From Mobula hypostoma (taxonomy: Eukaryota), in assembly GCF_963921235.1 (NCBI RefSeq), contig NC_086097.1, positions 6,138,001 to 6,202,000 of the forward strand: 64,000 nt of DNA. The letters run 5' to 3'. Below are positions 1-10,869 of the stretch, one piece after another (the first letter of the stretch is position 1; every line of letters starts with the position of its first letter). The translations under genes were made by a program, and so were the position numbers. The notes under the pieces were generated by a model. That model saw only the letters and a program-made list of their open reading frames with translations, ran no database searches and was not told the DNA's origin.

Positions 1-347
1 GATGGGCAAGGGGTATAGTGAGAGGGACAGAGGGAGAAAAAGGAGGGAGAGAGAGAAAGAATGTGTGTATATAAATAAATAATGGATGGGGTACGAGGGG
101 GAGGTGGGGCATTAGCGGAAGGTAGAGAAGTCAATGTTCATGCCATCAGGTTGGAGGCTACCCAGACGGAATATAAGGTGTTGTTCCTCCAACCTGAGTG
201 TGGCTTCATCTTTACAGTAGAGGAGGCCGTGGATAGACATATCAGAATAGGAATGGGATGTGGAATTAAAATGTGTGGCCCCTGGGAGATCCTGCTTTCT
301 CTGGCAGACAGAGTGTAGGTGTTCAGCAAAACGATCTCCCAGTCTGC
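1..347 (-). mobile_element. Penelope-like element, 3' fragment (GIY-YIG C-terminus plus 3' UTR)
   Basis: Minus translation RLGDRFAEHLHSV...HFNSTSHS...RLEEQHLIFRLGSLQPDGMNIDF; near-identical to 4530-4868. Confidence 0.9.
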
Positions 348-419
348 GAACATTGACTTCTCTAACTTCCGCTAAAAATCGAGGCCTAGGGTGATTCACC
401 TGTGACAGCGGCAAGTCCT

Positions 420-958
420 GGTGTGGGCTTCTCATCTAAGAACAGATGTACTGGCATTGGAGAAGGTTCAGAGGTGGTTGACAACAATGATTCCAGGAAT
501 GAAAGGGATATCATATGAGGAACATTTGATAGCTCTGGGTCTGTACTCACTGGAATTTAGAAGGATGAGGAGTGATCACATTGAAACCTTTTGAATATTG
601 AAAGGCCTAGATGTGAAAAGAATGTTTCCCATGGTGGGGGAGTCTAGGACAAGAGGGCACAGCCTCAGGATAGAGCGGACGTCGATGTGAAAAACAGAGA
701 TGCGGAGAAATTTCTTGAGCAAGATTGCAGTGAATTTGTGAAATTTGTTACCATAAGCAGCTGTGGAGGCCAGGTCATTGGGTATATTTAAGGCAGAGCT
801 TAATAGGTTCTTGACTGGACACAGCATCAAAGGTTACAGGGGGAAGACCAGGGAGTGAGGCTGAGGAGGGAAAAAGGATCAACCATGATTGAATGGTGGA
901 GAAGACAAGATGGGCAAATGGCCAAATTTTGCTCCTATGTCTTATGGTCTGATGGTTT
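420..958 (+). mobile_element. CR1 LINE, 3' fragment
   Basis: Homologous to the CR1 ORF2 C-terminus at 50990-51540; ends in a (ttatggtc)-type tail. Confidence 0.85.
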
Positions 959-1303
959 ATTTCCTTCACTGGGGTGGGGTGGGGGGTGGTCAAGAACAAA
1001 GGTGATATGGTTTTACACTCATTGTTGGAAAGAATAGAGGAGGTGTTGAGGCCGAGCTTAGATCTGATAGAGGTTTATAAGATTGAGAGGCATAGATAAA
1101 GTAGACAAACAGCATCTTTTTCTAAGGGTTGAAATAGTGGTAAGACAATATTTTATTTTAAAGACTTAATTACTACTTTAAAACATACCAGCAAAAACAT
1201 TTCCTAGTTGTACTGGGATGAAATTTTCAATTTCCTGGTAATTTTCAAATTCTGTATATCCTGCTTGGGGATGGGAGAGTCCTGGGCTGGTTATCCTGCT
1301 CAC

Positions 1304-1391
1304 TTAAGGAAGGATAAGTGAGCCTCTTCCAAAGCCTCTCCTTTCCAGGTGTAGTGGTCACTGCAGGACCACTGTTTGGCTTGCAGCTCCT
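1304..1391 (-). CDS. Candidate host exon (88 nt), product unknown
   Basis: Non-repetitive sequence. Acceptor gctaat...cttttatttcAG, donor GTgagc. Open as ELQAKQWSCSDHYTWKGEALEEAHLSFL or RSCKPNSGPAVTTTPGKERLWKRLTYPSL. Confidence 0.35.
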
Positions 1392-1899
1392 CTGAAATAA
1401 AAGCACAGCATTAGCCACTCTACAGTCTCCTAGTACCTCAATGACGGTTGAAAATGATGCAAATTTCTCTTGCTAAATCCCAGCAATTTTGTAACAGGGA
1501 TGGTTGCAAGGCTGGGTTTGAACTGTGATTGTTATGACAAAAAAAAACAAATAAAACTTAAATGAGCATGGATAAAACAAGACACAGATGAAAATAATCA
1601 ATTAATAGTCAGGCATGGAGGACCATTCGAGCCTCTAGGACTCTGGCACCCTCAGGTGGTAGGTGGTCAGACCATAGCATGACAGATTTCTTCCCTAGGA
1701 TTGGGTTAATTAGTGCTGTCACAAAGTGAATGTGTGTCTACTGTGATTGAATAGTAGTCATGTGTCAAGCTTTGAGATGTGACTGAAAGAATCTGTGGAA
1801 ATCTTGGCGAACATTTGATTATCAGGCCTCAGCATTTGACAGTTGGTAGGTGATTAGTGCCTTAAATATCCATCTTACCTGTTTATTGAAAGCCAGTCA

Positions 1900-2235
1900 C
1901 CCATGTTAGCCAGGGATGGGTCTGTTTAAGGAGCGCTGCAGCCCCCTCCCATTGGCTGCCATTTGGCACCAAGGCGGCAGCTGGTGATAGCAAGAATATA
2001 AATCTACTGTGCCGAAGACACCATCTTTTGCTTTGAGGGCTCACCGACAGATTGGGTCGTGACCTTTACTGCGGGAACAGTGAGAGAGGGCCCAAATGCA
2101 CACTTTAGATAAATATTTGGGTGTAACTTGAAAGATTCACTGAATGTTTCGCGTCTCTGTTGTCTTGTAAATAAATGGCCAACTTACTTGCCACTCATGT
2201 GCGTCTTCCGCCCCCACTCACTGGACCTGGGAACC
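1900..2235 (+). mobile_element. Possible LTR remnant
   Basis: TATAAA at about 1997 and AATAAA at about 2170 in LTR-like order; termini and TSD not identified. Confidence 0.25.
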
Positions 2236-2399
2236 TTCTTCTTCTTCTGTTTCTTCTTCTATTTCCGGCAGTTTAGAGGCATCTAGGTGTATTAATCCCT
2301 CTGCAGGATACGTAATTAATTATACAATTTCAAGAAACTCAAATTCTTGAATATAAACTAGTCGCACGTATAAACTAAATAATACTCTTCAATCAGATG

Positions 2400-4200
2400 G
2401 TGGTTCTCTTGGTGGCCAAATAAGGATTTAATAGAAAAACAAAATACATTTAAGTCACACAATCTCTTGAACAATATGCTTCTTTCGATTTTATATCAAT
2501 TACAACTCAGCAAAACATGCTAAACTGTCTCTGGACTACCACAGTCACATAATCCACTAGGAAGTTTTCCTATTATCTTTAAATAATAGTTTAGCCTACA
2601 ATGGCCCAACCGAAGTCTTGTTAATTTCACCATATCTCTATGATTTAAAAAGTAACAGTCTGAGACCTTTTTAACTAGTGGGTGACCAGAAAAGAAATGC
2701 CTTCCCTTTAATTCACTTTTCCAATCCTCCTGCCACTTCTTCTCCAAACCTTTTTTTAAAAAATCCTACTTCTCAATTCTGCTCTGCCTAGGGGTACTCT
2801 AATTTCTACTTGCCTGCTCTGTAAGGAAGACTTTGTAATGCCATCCACAATTTCATTTCCCTCCATCCCAGCATGCCCAGGTATCCATGTAAATCTGACC
2901 TCAAAACCCATCTTCTCTACTCTAAACAAAAGTAAGAGAATCTCAATAACTAGGTCAGGATGAACTTTTGATTCATTCTCTTTTGTAGCCTCTAAGGCAG
3001 CAGCAGAATCCGAACAGATGATAACCCTGCATGGTCGATAGTCTTCTATTCACCGTAAGGCCCAGAGGATTGCTAATAATTCTGTTGCAATGACCAGAAA
3101 CACCATCTGAAACCTGGTGACCAATCTTAGGAGGGGAGGAGAAGATGGCGACGTGACGCAGCGCGCGCAGCCACTCCGAAATGATATCATATTTATACCA
3201 TGTATACCATGCACAATCCTGATTTGATGGAGACAGCCGTGAGAAGCACGGAGGAACACCTGGAGAAACTTCGAAAATGCCTGCTTCACTGCTGTTGCTA
3301 CTGTGCGATCGAGAATCTCCGGAGGGGAAGGCCCCAAATCCTCGGCTTTGCCTATTGCCTGTTGCCGGGGCCGGGGTCAAAGTTCTCGGCAGAGATGGTG
3401 CTCGGTGTTGGAGGCTCTAAGTTTTCGGACGGACTCAAGAGTCGGCTGTGGTCGGATGTTTCCAGGGTGCTGCATCAGCAAGTTTGTGGCGCTGGAGGTT
3501 CATGGAAGGAGGAGAGTTTCTTTCCTTTTACCATCTGCATGAGATGATGGGACTTGAGAGACCTTGAGACTTTTTTTTTTACCGTGCCCATGGTCTGTTC
3601 TTTATCAAATTACGGTATTGCTTTGCACTGTTGTAACTATATGTTATAATTATGTGGTTTTTGTCAGTTTTTTTAGTCTTGGTTTGTCTTGTGTTTCTGT
3701 GACATCATTCTGGAGGAATATTGTATCATTTCTTAATGCATGCGTTACTAAATGACAATAAAAGAGGATTGAGTGTCCTCATAATCTAATCTAATGTTAA
3801 CTCCAAGTTGAGACATGTACATCCCAAATCCTGCCTTACTGCTCTCTGGGTCCACTGAGCTATCAGTAAAAATCTTCAGATAAGATCCCCATTTATTATT
3901 TAAATATTCATTTATGATCGGCGCTGTTGAAATTGCTCTGCTTCCTTGAAGCTGAAAAAGGAGGAATAGGTCTACTTCTGGTTCTGGCAAAAGCCAAAAA
4001 GGAACGGGTGGCAAGCAGATTTGCTCAGCTATATCTTCTTCAATCAATTTCAATTTCACAGCCCAGTTATTAACCAAATCTAAAAATGGATATCTTTTAA
4101 TTTTACTTTGGCCCTCCGACTTCCCCTACAACTTCCCCTACAAAAGACATTTTGATGGACAGCTCTGATTGAAGCCATTCAGTTTGCCCAATACTGCAGG
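2400..4200 (-). pseudogene. Nimb ORF2 RNase H and C-terminal Cys region (interrupted at 3130-3795)
   Basis: KIFTDSS...GFG, ATELLAILWAL, WIPGHAGMEGNEIVD, LTRLRLGH...LCDCGSPETV. Confidence 0.85.
3130..3795 (+). mobile_element. About 670-bp non-autonomous retroposon, copy 1 (AAGATGGCG head, Rex1/L2-like tail)
   Basis: Three copies in the window; ends tgacAATAAA, gagga/tcctc hairpin, (aatct)n; splits the Nimb RNase H region. Confidence 0.85.
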
Positions 4201-4202
4201 CC

Positions 4203-5024
4203 TAACAACAGGAATTCTGCAGATGCTGGAAATTCAAGCAACATACATCAAAGTTGCTGGTGAACGCAGCAGGCCAAGCAGCATCTATAGGAAGAGGCGC
4301 AGTCGACGTTTCAGGCCGAGACCCTTCGTCAGGACTAACTGAAGGAAGAGTGAGTAAGGGATTTGAAAGCTGGAGGGGGAGGGGGAGATGCAAAATGATA
4401 GGAGAAGACAGGAGGGGGAGGGATAGAGCCGAGAGCTGGACAGGTGATAGGCAAAAGGGGATACGAGAGGATCATGGGACAGGAGGTCCGGGAAGAAAGA
4501 CGGGGGGGGGGGTGACCCAGAGGATGGGCAAGAGGTATATTCAGAGGGACAGAGGGAGAAAAAGGAGAGTGAGAGAAAGAATGTGTGCATAAAAAGGAGT
4601 AACAGCTGGGGTACGAGGGGGAGGTGGGGCCTAGCGGAAGTTAGAGAAGTCAATGTTCATGCCATCAGGTTGGAGGCTACCCAGACGGAATATAAGGTGT
4701 TGTTCCTCCAACCTGAGTGTGGCTTCATCTTTACAGTAGAGGAGGCCGTGGATAGACATGTCAGAATGGGAATGGGATGTGGAATTAAAATGTGTGGCCA
4801 CTGGGAGATCCTGCTTTCTCTGGCGGACAGAGCGTAGATGTTCAGCAAAGCGGTCTCCCAGTCTGCGTCGGGTCTCACCAATATATAAAAGGCCACATCG
4901 GGAGCACTGGACGCAGTATATCACCCCAGTCGACTCACAGGTGAAGTGATGCCTCACCTGGAAGGACTGTTTGGGGCCCTGAATGGTGGTAAGGGAGGAA
5001 GTGTAAGGGCATGTGTAGCACTTG
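4203..5024 (-). mobile_element. Penelope-like element, 5'-truncated, nested in Nimb
   Basis: GIY-YIG motif GVIYCVQCSRCGLLYIGET; 3' UTR with hammerhead; taac on both sides. Confidence 0.92.
4301..4336 (-). ncRNA. Minimal type I hammerhead ribozyme motif (Penelope)
   Basis: Minus strand reads AGTC-CTGACGA-agggtctcggcct-GAAA-CGTC-GACT. Confidence 0.8.
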
Positions 5025-5495
5025 TTAACCCAGGCACAGATGTTGTTCTAAAAGCTCTACAACAGAGTCTAAGTGCTTTGGCTGCACAGTATCTAATTTT
5101 TCAAGCACTGCCGTAGCAGCAGAACCATAAGCAATACAACCATAATCAATAACTGATCTAATCATAGCTAGATATATTAAGTACATAGTTTCCCACCCTG
5201 CTCCCCAGTCACATCCAACAATACTTCTCATAAAATTTAAAACTTTCTGACACTTTTCAGTTGTTTTATCTACATGAACCCTCAAAGTAAGTCTTTCATC
5301 AAACCAGACACCTAAAAACTTGAATACCTTGACTTTTTCTAATGGAGAATCATATAGACACAATTCATAATCAGGAATCTTTCTTCTAAAACCAAAAATC
5401 ATGTATTTGGACTTAGAAGCAGAAATCCTGAAACCCCATTTATTTGCCCAGTTTTCAACTGATCTTAAAGCCTTTTGTACCTGCTTTAATATATA
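5025..5495 (-). pseudogene. Nimb ORF2 RT, C-terminal part
   Basis: WANKWGFRISASKSKYMIF...FKFLGVWFDERLT...IRSVIDYGCIAYGSA. Confidence 0.9.
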
Positions 5496-6197
5496 TGTAG
5501 CCCCCTGGTAAGCCTCAGGCTCGCTCAGCTCGCTTCCGTCTAGGGGGAGCAGCCTTCCGCCCCGCCAAACTGGGTTATCAATTTTGTGTGGATGCTGTGT
5601 GATGTACCCCACCCCGCCAAATAACAGACAATACACCATATACCATTAAATGATTATACTTTATAGATCTGACTGGAACTCTGTAATTAATAGAGATAAA
5701 ATATAAAAGGAAAGTAAAAGGCACCAAACTTATCAAAGTTGAACCGCTTCATGCACACAGTTGGAGCTCAATTAACGGATTCTTCTTTCCACCGTTCAAT
5801 CCCCTCCGACCCCCTCGACCCCCCGCCTGGGACCAACCACGGTGGTCATCCACACGAGTCTGTCTTCGTCTCCTCTCCTCGCCGAAGTCCCTGGGCCTCG
5901 GACTCCCGCTCCGGGTCCGTTCCGTCGACCAGCTTACAGCATCGCATCTCCTCTCTCTATCCCCATCATGCTTTCTGCCCAAAGCCCGTGAAAACAATAG
6001 CTTACAGATACATAAGAAAGAATAACATCAGTCTCAAATGGTTCATTCCCTCTCATCAATAATATGAGGGGGAGGGGGGAGAGGGGGAGAGGTTTTAACA
6101 TTTCAGTTATTATTACAGAAAAGCCATTTTTATTATAACATAACAAAGAAACCATTTTGTTATCCTTCACAGTAACATAAAAGAAGAAACCTCTTAC
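5496..6197 (-). repeat. 3' LTR of the Gypsy element
   Basis: Direct repeat of 8734-9445; on the element strand preceded by a degenerate purine-rich tract ggtgtgggcagag. Confidence 0.95.
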
Positions 6198-6319
6198 ACT
6201 CTGCCCACACCAAATCAAGTCGTGTCCTCATGATTTCTAAGTAACTCGCCAACGCTTCCTGCAGGCACAAAAACCCAATCCAGGTACAAACAGTGACATT
6301 GCTCCCCAAACATTGGACC

Positions 6320-6400
6320 TTACGCCCTGTTCCTCAGGTGCTACATAGGCCAAACTATCTGGGAGTTTCCTAATCCTCCGAGACCTCCGTACCCCCTCAC
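6320..6400 (-). pseudogene. Gypsy integrase C-terminal remnant
   Basis: GVRRSRRIRKLPDSLAY matches the RRSxRxRxPPxRLxY tail typical of Gypsy pol. Confidence 0.7.
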
Positions 6401-6704
6401 CTAAACCCTTCAGGCTTGGACACTACTGGGGATACTTCTGGTCTGCTTGCCAACTCCTCTCTCAATCTCTCACACATGCCCCCACCGCAACTTGGAGCCC
6501 CCTGTCCCGTGTCCAGGGCCCCGCTTCTTTTCCTTCAGGGTCCTGCTGTAACCCAGGCTGCCCACAGCTAGCCCTCCCCACTACACCTGACATAGTAGGA
6601 GAAGGGCCAAAAGTCTCTTCCTCAATCAAGGGGAAGTTAGCGAAAGGCAGCATGTACCACACATCCAGCACATCATCCTTCGAATCCGTGTTCTTCCTCA
6701 TTCC

Positions 6705-7064
6705 CTCGATCGGTAGCTGCTGTTTGATTTTCTCCAAACTGAAGCACTTAGCCTGGGCTGCCTCCGCAGCCTCTTCAGCATCCTGCAGTCGAGACGTCAG
6801 CTTCTTCTCCGACTCCTCCAACTCTCGCCCCAGTCTCAGCAGTTCTGACCCACGCTTCATGTCCATCTCCATCTGGGACGCAATTACACCACCAGCTTTT
6901 TCCAATCTGTTCTGGGTCGATTTCTTGAGTTTCTGCTGATCCTTTTGAAGGTTGGTCATTGTTTCATTTCTCTGGATTAATTAATCAGTAAATGACTGAA
7001 GTTTCGGCTTGGAATTACATTTCTCTGTCTCCACTTTGACGAGCGTGAACTCCAATTCTTCAGT
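6705..7064 (-). pseudogene. Captured sarcomeric myosin heavy-chain rod fragments (MYH16/MYH7B-like), intronless mosaic
   Basis: [14 protein letters not shown]...NLQKD, RLEKAGGVIASQMEMDMKRGSELLRLGRELEE and KKLTSRLQDAEEAAEAAQAKCFSLEKIKQQL match three separate MYH rod segments recalled from memory. Confidence 0.88.
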
Positions 7065-7084
7065 GGTTATCCAGGGCTCCGGCA

Positions 7085-7436
7085 CTTGCCTCACATCATC
7101 GTCCCCCAAGGCGAATCCAAACCCTAGGTGATCATCCACATACGCCAAAACTCCACACACCTCCATATCCCCCATGGTCTTCCTCATGCCCCATGGGAAG
7201 GTTGCAGGGGCTCCGGATATGCCCTGTGGCATCTTTTCGGATCGGAAGGATCCTAGGGGACCTATAACGGCCATGTTCTCCTTGTCGGCCTCACTCAGCG
7301 GGATCTGGCAACATCCACTCCTCAGATCCAGCACATTAAACCACGTTGCACCACACAAACAGACCATAGCGTCTTCAGCCCTCAGGCCCGTATTCTGTTC
7401 AATGACAGTGCGCCTGTTCAGAGTCCTACAATCCAC
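7085..7436 (-). pseudogene. Gypsy RT fragment
   Basis: DCRTLNRRT...[13 protein letters not shown]...[13 protein letters not shown]...LAYVDD. Confidence 0.92.
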
Positions 7437-7599
7437 ACATGCTGCCTATGTCTTCCACTGCTACAGGGCCCAGTTGCCACAAGCTCTGTCTCTCCTGGAG
7501 GTGACTTCAGTGGTCAACTCCCCTCCCTCGTGGTATTTCGGAGCATCTACTAAGAAGGTCTCACCCTCAGATACTTCCCCCAGGCTGTACCACAATCGG

Positions 7600-7885
7600 C
7601 TCTCGTTTAAATTCGTACCAGCCCAAGGTTGCTACACATGTCCTCACAAGCAAATCGAAACACGGGTGCACAGAGAGTGCCCCCATGAACTCCAGTTTCA
7701 CTGACCAATAATCGTCTTCTGAATAATCACTGGCACTGGTACCCCAAATCTCTAGTGCCCTTAATGTTGTCAAGGGTAAATGCTTCAGAAACCAGTTGTA
7801 AAACCAACTGTTCAACAACTTGACTTGCTCCCCGGTGTCGAGGATGGCTTTAGTATCGCTTCCCTCTATCCATAACGACACACGG
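7600..7885 (-). pseudogene. Gypsy aspartic protease remnant
   Basis: [19 protein letters not shown] (DTG motif). Confidence 0.85.
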
Positions 7886-8026
7886 TGGCCTGGTCCCTCT
7901 AAACTTTCAGGAATAGGGTCTTTTCCTTTCAGAAGTTCCTTGGTACATTGCTGGGAACATGCTCCCCCAGAGACCCCAAGCTGATCTCCCACTGGGCCTC
8001 CGCTAAGTTTCCCGACACCTCTCTGA

Positions 8027-8704
8027 TCAGCTGAACAACTGAGGGAGGGGCTGATCCCCTGAAATGATCCCCCGGCACTGCAAGCAAATTAGCTGCCTTC
8101 CTAGCCAGAGAAAATACACTGATAGCTTTTCTCCAATCTCCTGACACAGGTATGGAAAGCCCCTGAGGCACTGCATTTTACCTCCAGTTGAAACAGACGC
8201 TTTTTCCCCCGCTTTCAGATAACTGGCAGCTGTCACTACGGGGTAATTGACGCTGACAGTTCTAACACCGTTAACAGCCCGCCTACTCAAACTTGCAACC
8301 GATCCCTGCCGCTCTCCCTCAACCGAGCACTGCCACTCATCTAACAACTGAGGGATCAACTCCGTCCACGTCTTGTACGCCTCCGCCCCTTTAGGGGTGG
8401 ACAATATGCCAAAAACCAGGTGGAACCTGCCATAGCTGGAACATTTATCCGCAGACACTACCTCCGAATCAGACCACTCTTTCCTCTCTCTCCTAACAGT
8501 ATGGACAGCCCATGGTCCCGCCACACCCGGGGCACCAATAGACACTGGCAGTCCCACCACCAACTCGTCAGTGCTAGTCTGAATTTGACCAAAGACCTCC
8601 GGGGTACCAACAGCCACCCCACCCAACACGCATGCAGCAATAACCAGCAATCCCACAGAGACACAGCAGCACTGATTAAACAGGGCAATCACACAGCACC
8701 CCAC
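8027..8704 (-). pseudogene. Gypsy gag remnant (PNMA-like capsid)
   Basis: YGRFHLVFGILSTPKGAEAYKTWTE...LDEWQCS...VASL resembles PNMA-type gag YRRLRxFSG...PxGEExFExW...EWxCS. Confidence 0.75.
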
Positions 8705-8711
8705 TGAATCA

Positions 8712-8733
8712 AATCTCAGATGAAGCCCCCAAA
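8712..8733 (-). promoter_or_regulatory. Primer-binding site, degenerate tRNA-Pro type
   Basis: tttgggggcttcatctgagatt directly after the 5' LTR, versus canonical TGGGGGCTCGTCCGGGAT. Confidence 0.7.
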
Positions 8734-9445
8734 TGTAGCCCCTTGGTAAGCCTCAGGCTCGCTCAGGTCGCTTTCGTCTAGGGGGAGCAGCCTTTAGCCC
8801 TGCCAGACTGGGTAATCAAGTTTGTGTGGATGCTGTGTGATGTACCCCACCACGCCAAGTAACAGACAATACACCATATGCGAGTAAATGATTACACTTT
8901 ATAGATCTTACTGGAACTATGTAATTAATAGAGATAAAATATAAAAGTAAAAGGCGCCAAACTTATCAAAGTTTATCCACTTCGTGCACACAGTAGGAGC
9001 TCAATTAACGGAGTCCTCTTGCCATGATTCGATCCCCTCCGACCTCCTCGACCCACTGCCTGGGACCAACCACGGTGGTTGACCTGACACTCCACACGAG
9101 TCTGTCTTCGTCTCCTCTCCTCGCTGAAGACCCTGGGCCTCGGACTCCCGCTCGGGGTCCATTCCACCACCTAACTTACAGCATCGCGTCTCCTCTCTCT
9201 CTGTCCCCATCATGCCTTCTGCCCCAAAGCCTGCAAAAAACAACAGCTTACAGACTCACAAGAAAGAATAACGTCTATCCCAATTGGTTTGTTCTTCCCC
9301 TTATCAATAATATAACCCAAACAAGCAGAGAGACAGAACTCCTTATATGGCAGTTATTATTACAGAAAAGCCATTTTTATTATAACATAACAAAGAAGCC
9401 ATTTTGATAGCCTTCGCAGTAACATAAAAGAAGAAACCCCTTACA
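8734..9445 (-). repeat. 5' LTR of the Gypsy element
   Basis: TG...CA termini; direct repeat of 5496-6197. Confidence 0.95.
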
Positions 9446-10869
9446 TATACTTGTCGTTTCTTCCTCGTTTCCAGATTGGACCATCGTGTGCAAACAACGA
9501 TTTGCCAAATCCTGTCCCTACCTGATCAAAGGTATCGTTTATCATGACATTAAAAATAACTGGACTAATGACACTTCCCTGAGGGGTACCATTACCTATT
9601 TTAACTGACTTGGAGCTTGTTCTGCCTATTCTTACTTGAATTGTTCTTTCCTTAAGGAAATCTTTGATCCAATTAAACATTCTACCTCCAATTCCCGCAT
9701 CAGAGAGTTTAATTAATAAACCATCCTTCCATAGTGAGTCACATGCTCTTTCAATATCTAGAAATACACTTACCATTACTTCTCTATTTTGAAATGCTTT
9801 TTTAATATCATGATCTAAAAGGGCAACAGATTCTATTGTTGATCTTTCAGTTCTAAAACCATTTTGATAGGCAGAAAAATGTCCCTTATTTTCTAAAAAA
9901 TAAACAAGTCTGTTAGTGACCATTCATTCCATAGTTTTACAAAGCACTGACATTAAAGCTGTAAGCCGGTACAAACTAGGACTAGACGCATCTTTACCTG
10001 GCTTTAAAACTGGAACTACCACTGCATGCTTCCATTCTACGGGTAATTTTCCTTCTTTCCACACTGAATTAAACAAAGCTAGCATTTCTATTAATACAGA
10101 GTCATCTAAATACTTAAGCAATTCATAACACAGTCCATCCCTACCAGGAGATGTGTTTGAATCTGATTTGCCAGCTTCCTGAAATTCCTGAAGAGAGAAA
10201 AATAAATTTATAGAGCTATTATCATCCAAACTCCTGTCCAATTTCCAACGTTCCTTTAAAATAATTTCCTTTCTCAAATCACCTAACTCTCCAGAACTGT
10301 GTAATGCTTGGAACACCTCTACAAACATATCAGCCTTTTCCTCATTGGTTACAGCTTCAATATCTCCTTCCAGCAAAGCTGGGATAGATGGCTTCCTATA
10401 CATCCCTGACATTCTGCGAATGATCGTCCATAGCTGTTTTATAGGTGTCTCAGGGCCCAGGGTTCCACAAAATCTTCTCCAACTATCCCTCTTTGCATTT
10501 TTAATTACTCTCCTTGCTACTGCTCTTTCCCTTTTATACTCCATAACAATATCTAACACTGGGTACTTTCTTAATTTCCTGTAAGCTCTATTTCTGTTTC
10601 TTACTGCTGTATCACAATTTTTATTCCACCACGGAACTAATGCTCGAGCCTCAGGAACACTCCATTGCAGAATAGTCAACTGAGCAACTTTATGAATTAT
10701 AGAACAGAGGGATTCATTTCAATCGTCTATGCAGCCCTCGCTATCAGTCTCTTCTATAATATCCACAGCTTTCTCCTAGTGCTCATCCCAACAGGCCAAA
10801 GAAAAATTATACCCAGCAGCCCTCTCGTCAACTTCTACTATTAAATTTCTACCAAATCTACATAATATA
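9446..10869 (-). pseudogene. Nimb ORF2 linker and RT
   Basis: PWWNKNC...SPGRDG...WKHAVVVPVLKPGKD...YQNGFR...FLDIERACD...GTPQGSVISP...LFAHD. Confidence 0.92.

Larger units (their letters stand above)
5496..9445 (-). mobile_element. Non-autonomous Ty3/Gypsy LTR retrotransposon carrying captured myosin sequence
   Basis: Two ~700-bp TG...CA LTRs; TSD tata at 5492-5495 and 9446-9449; removal restores the Nimb frame GRNDKY|ILKQVQ; gag, PR and RT remnants. Confidence 0.95.

Noticed and set aside
5025..5639. 204-aa ORF as one gene
   Set aside because: Chimeric read-through from the LTR into Nimb RT.
6462..6959. A genuine host myosin gene or exon
   Set aside because: It lies between paired LTRs with a TSD, is stitched from non-adjacent rod segments, has an upstream in-frame stop, and no other myosin exons are seen.
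8027..8704. Host PNMA gene
   Set aside because: Degenerate gag directly after the PBS of an LTR element.
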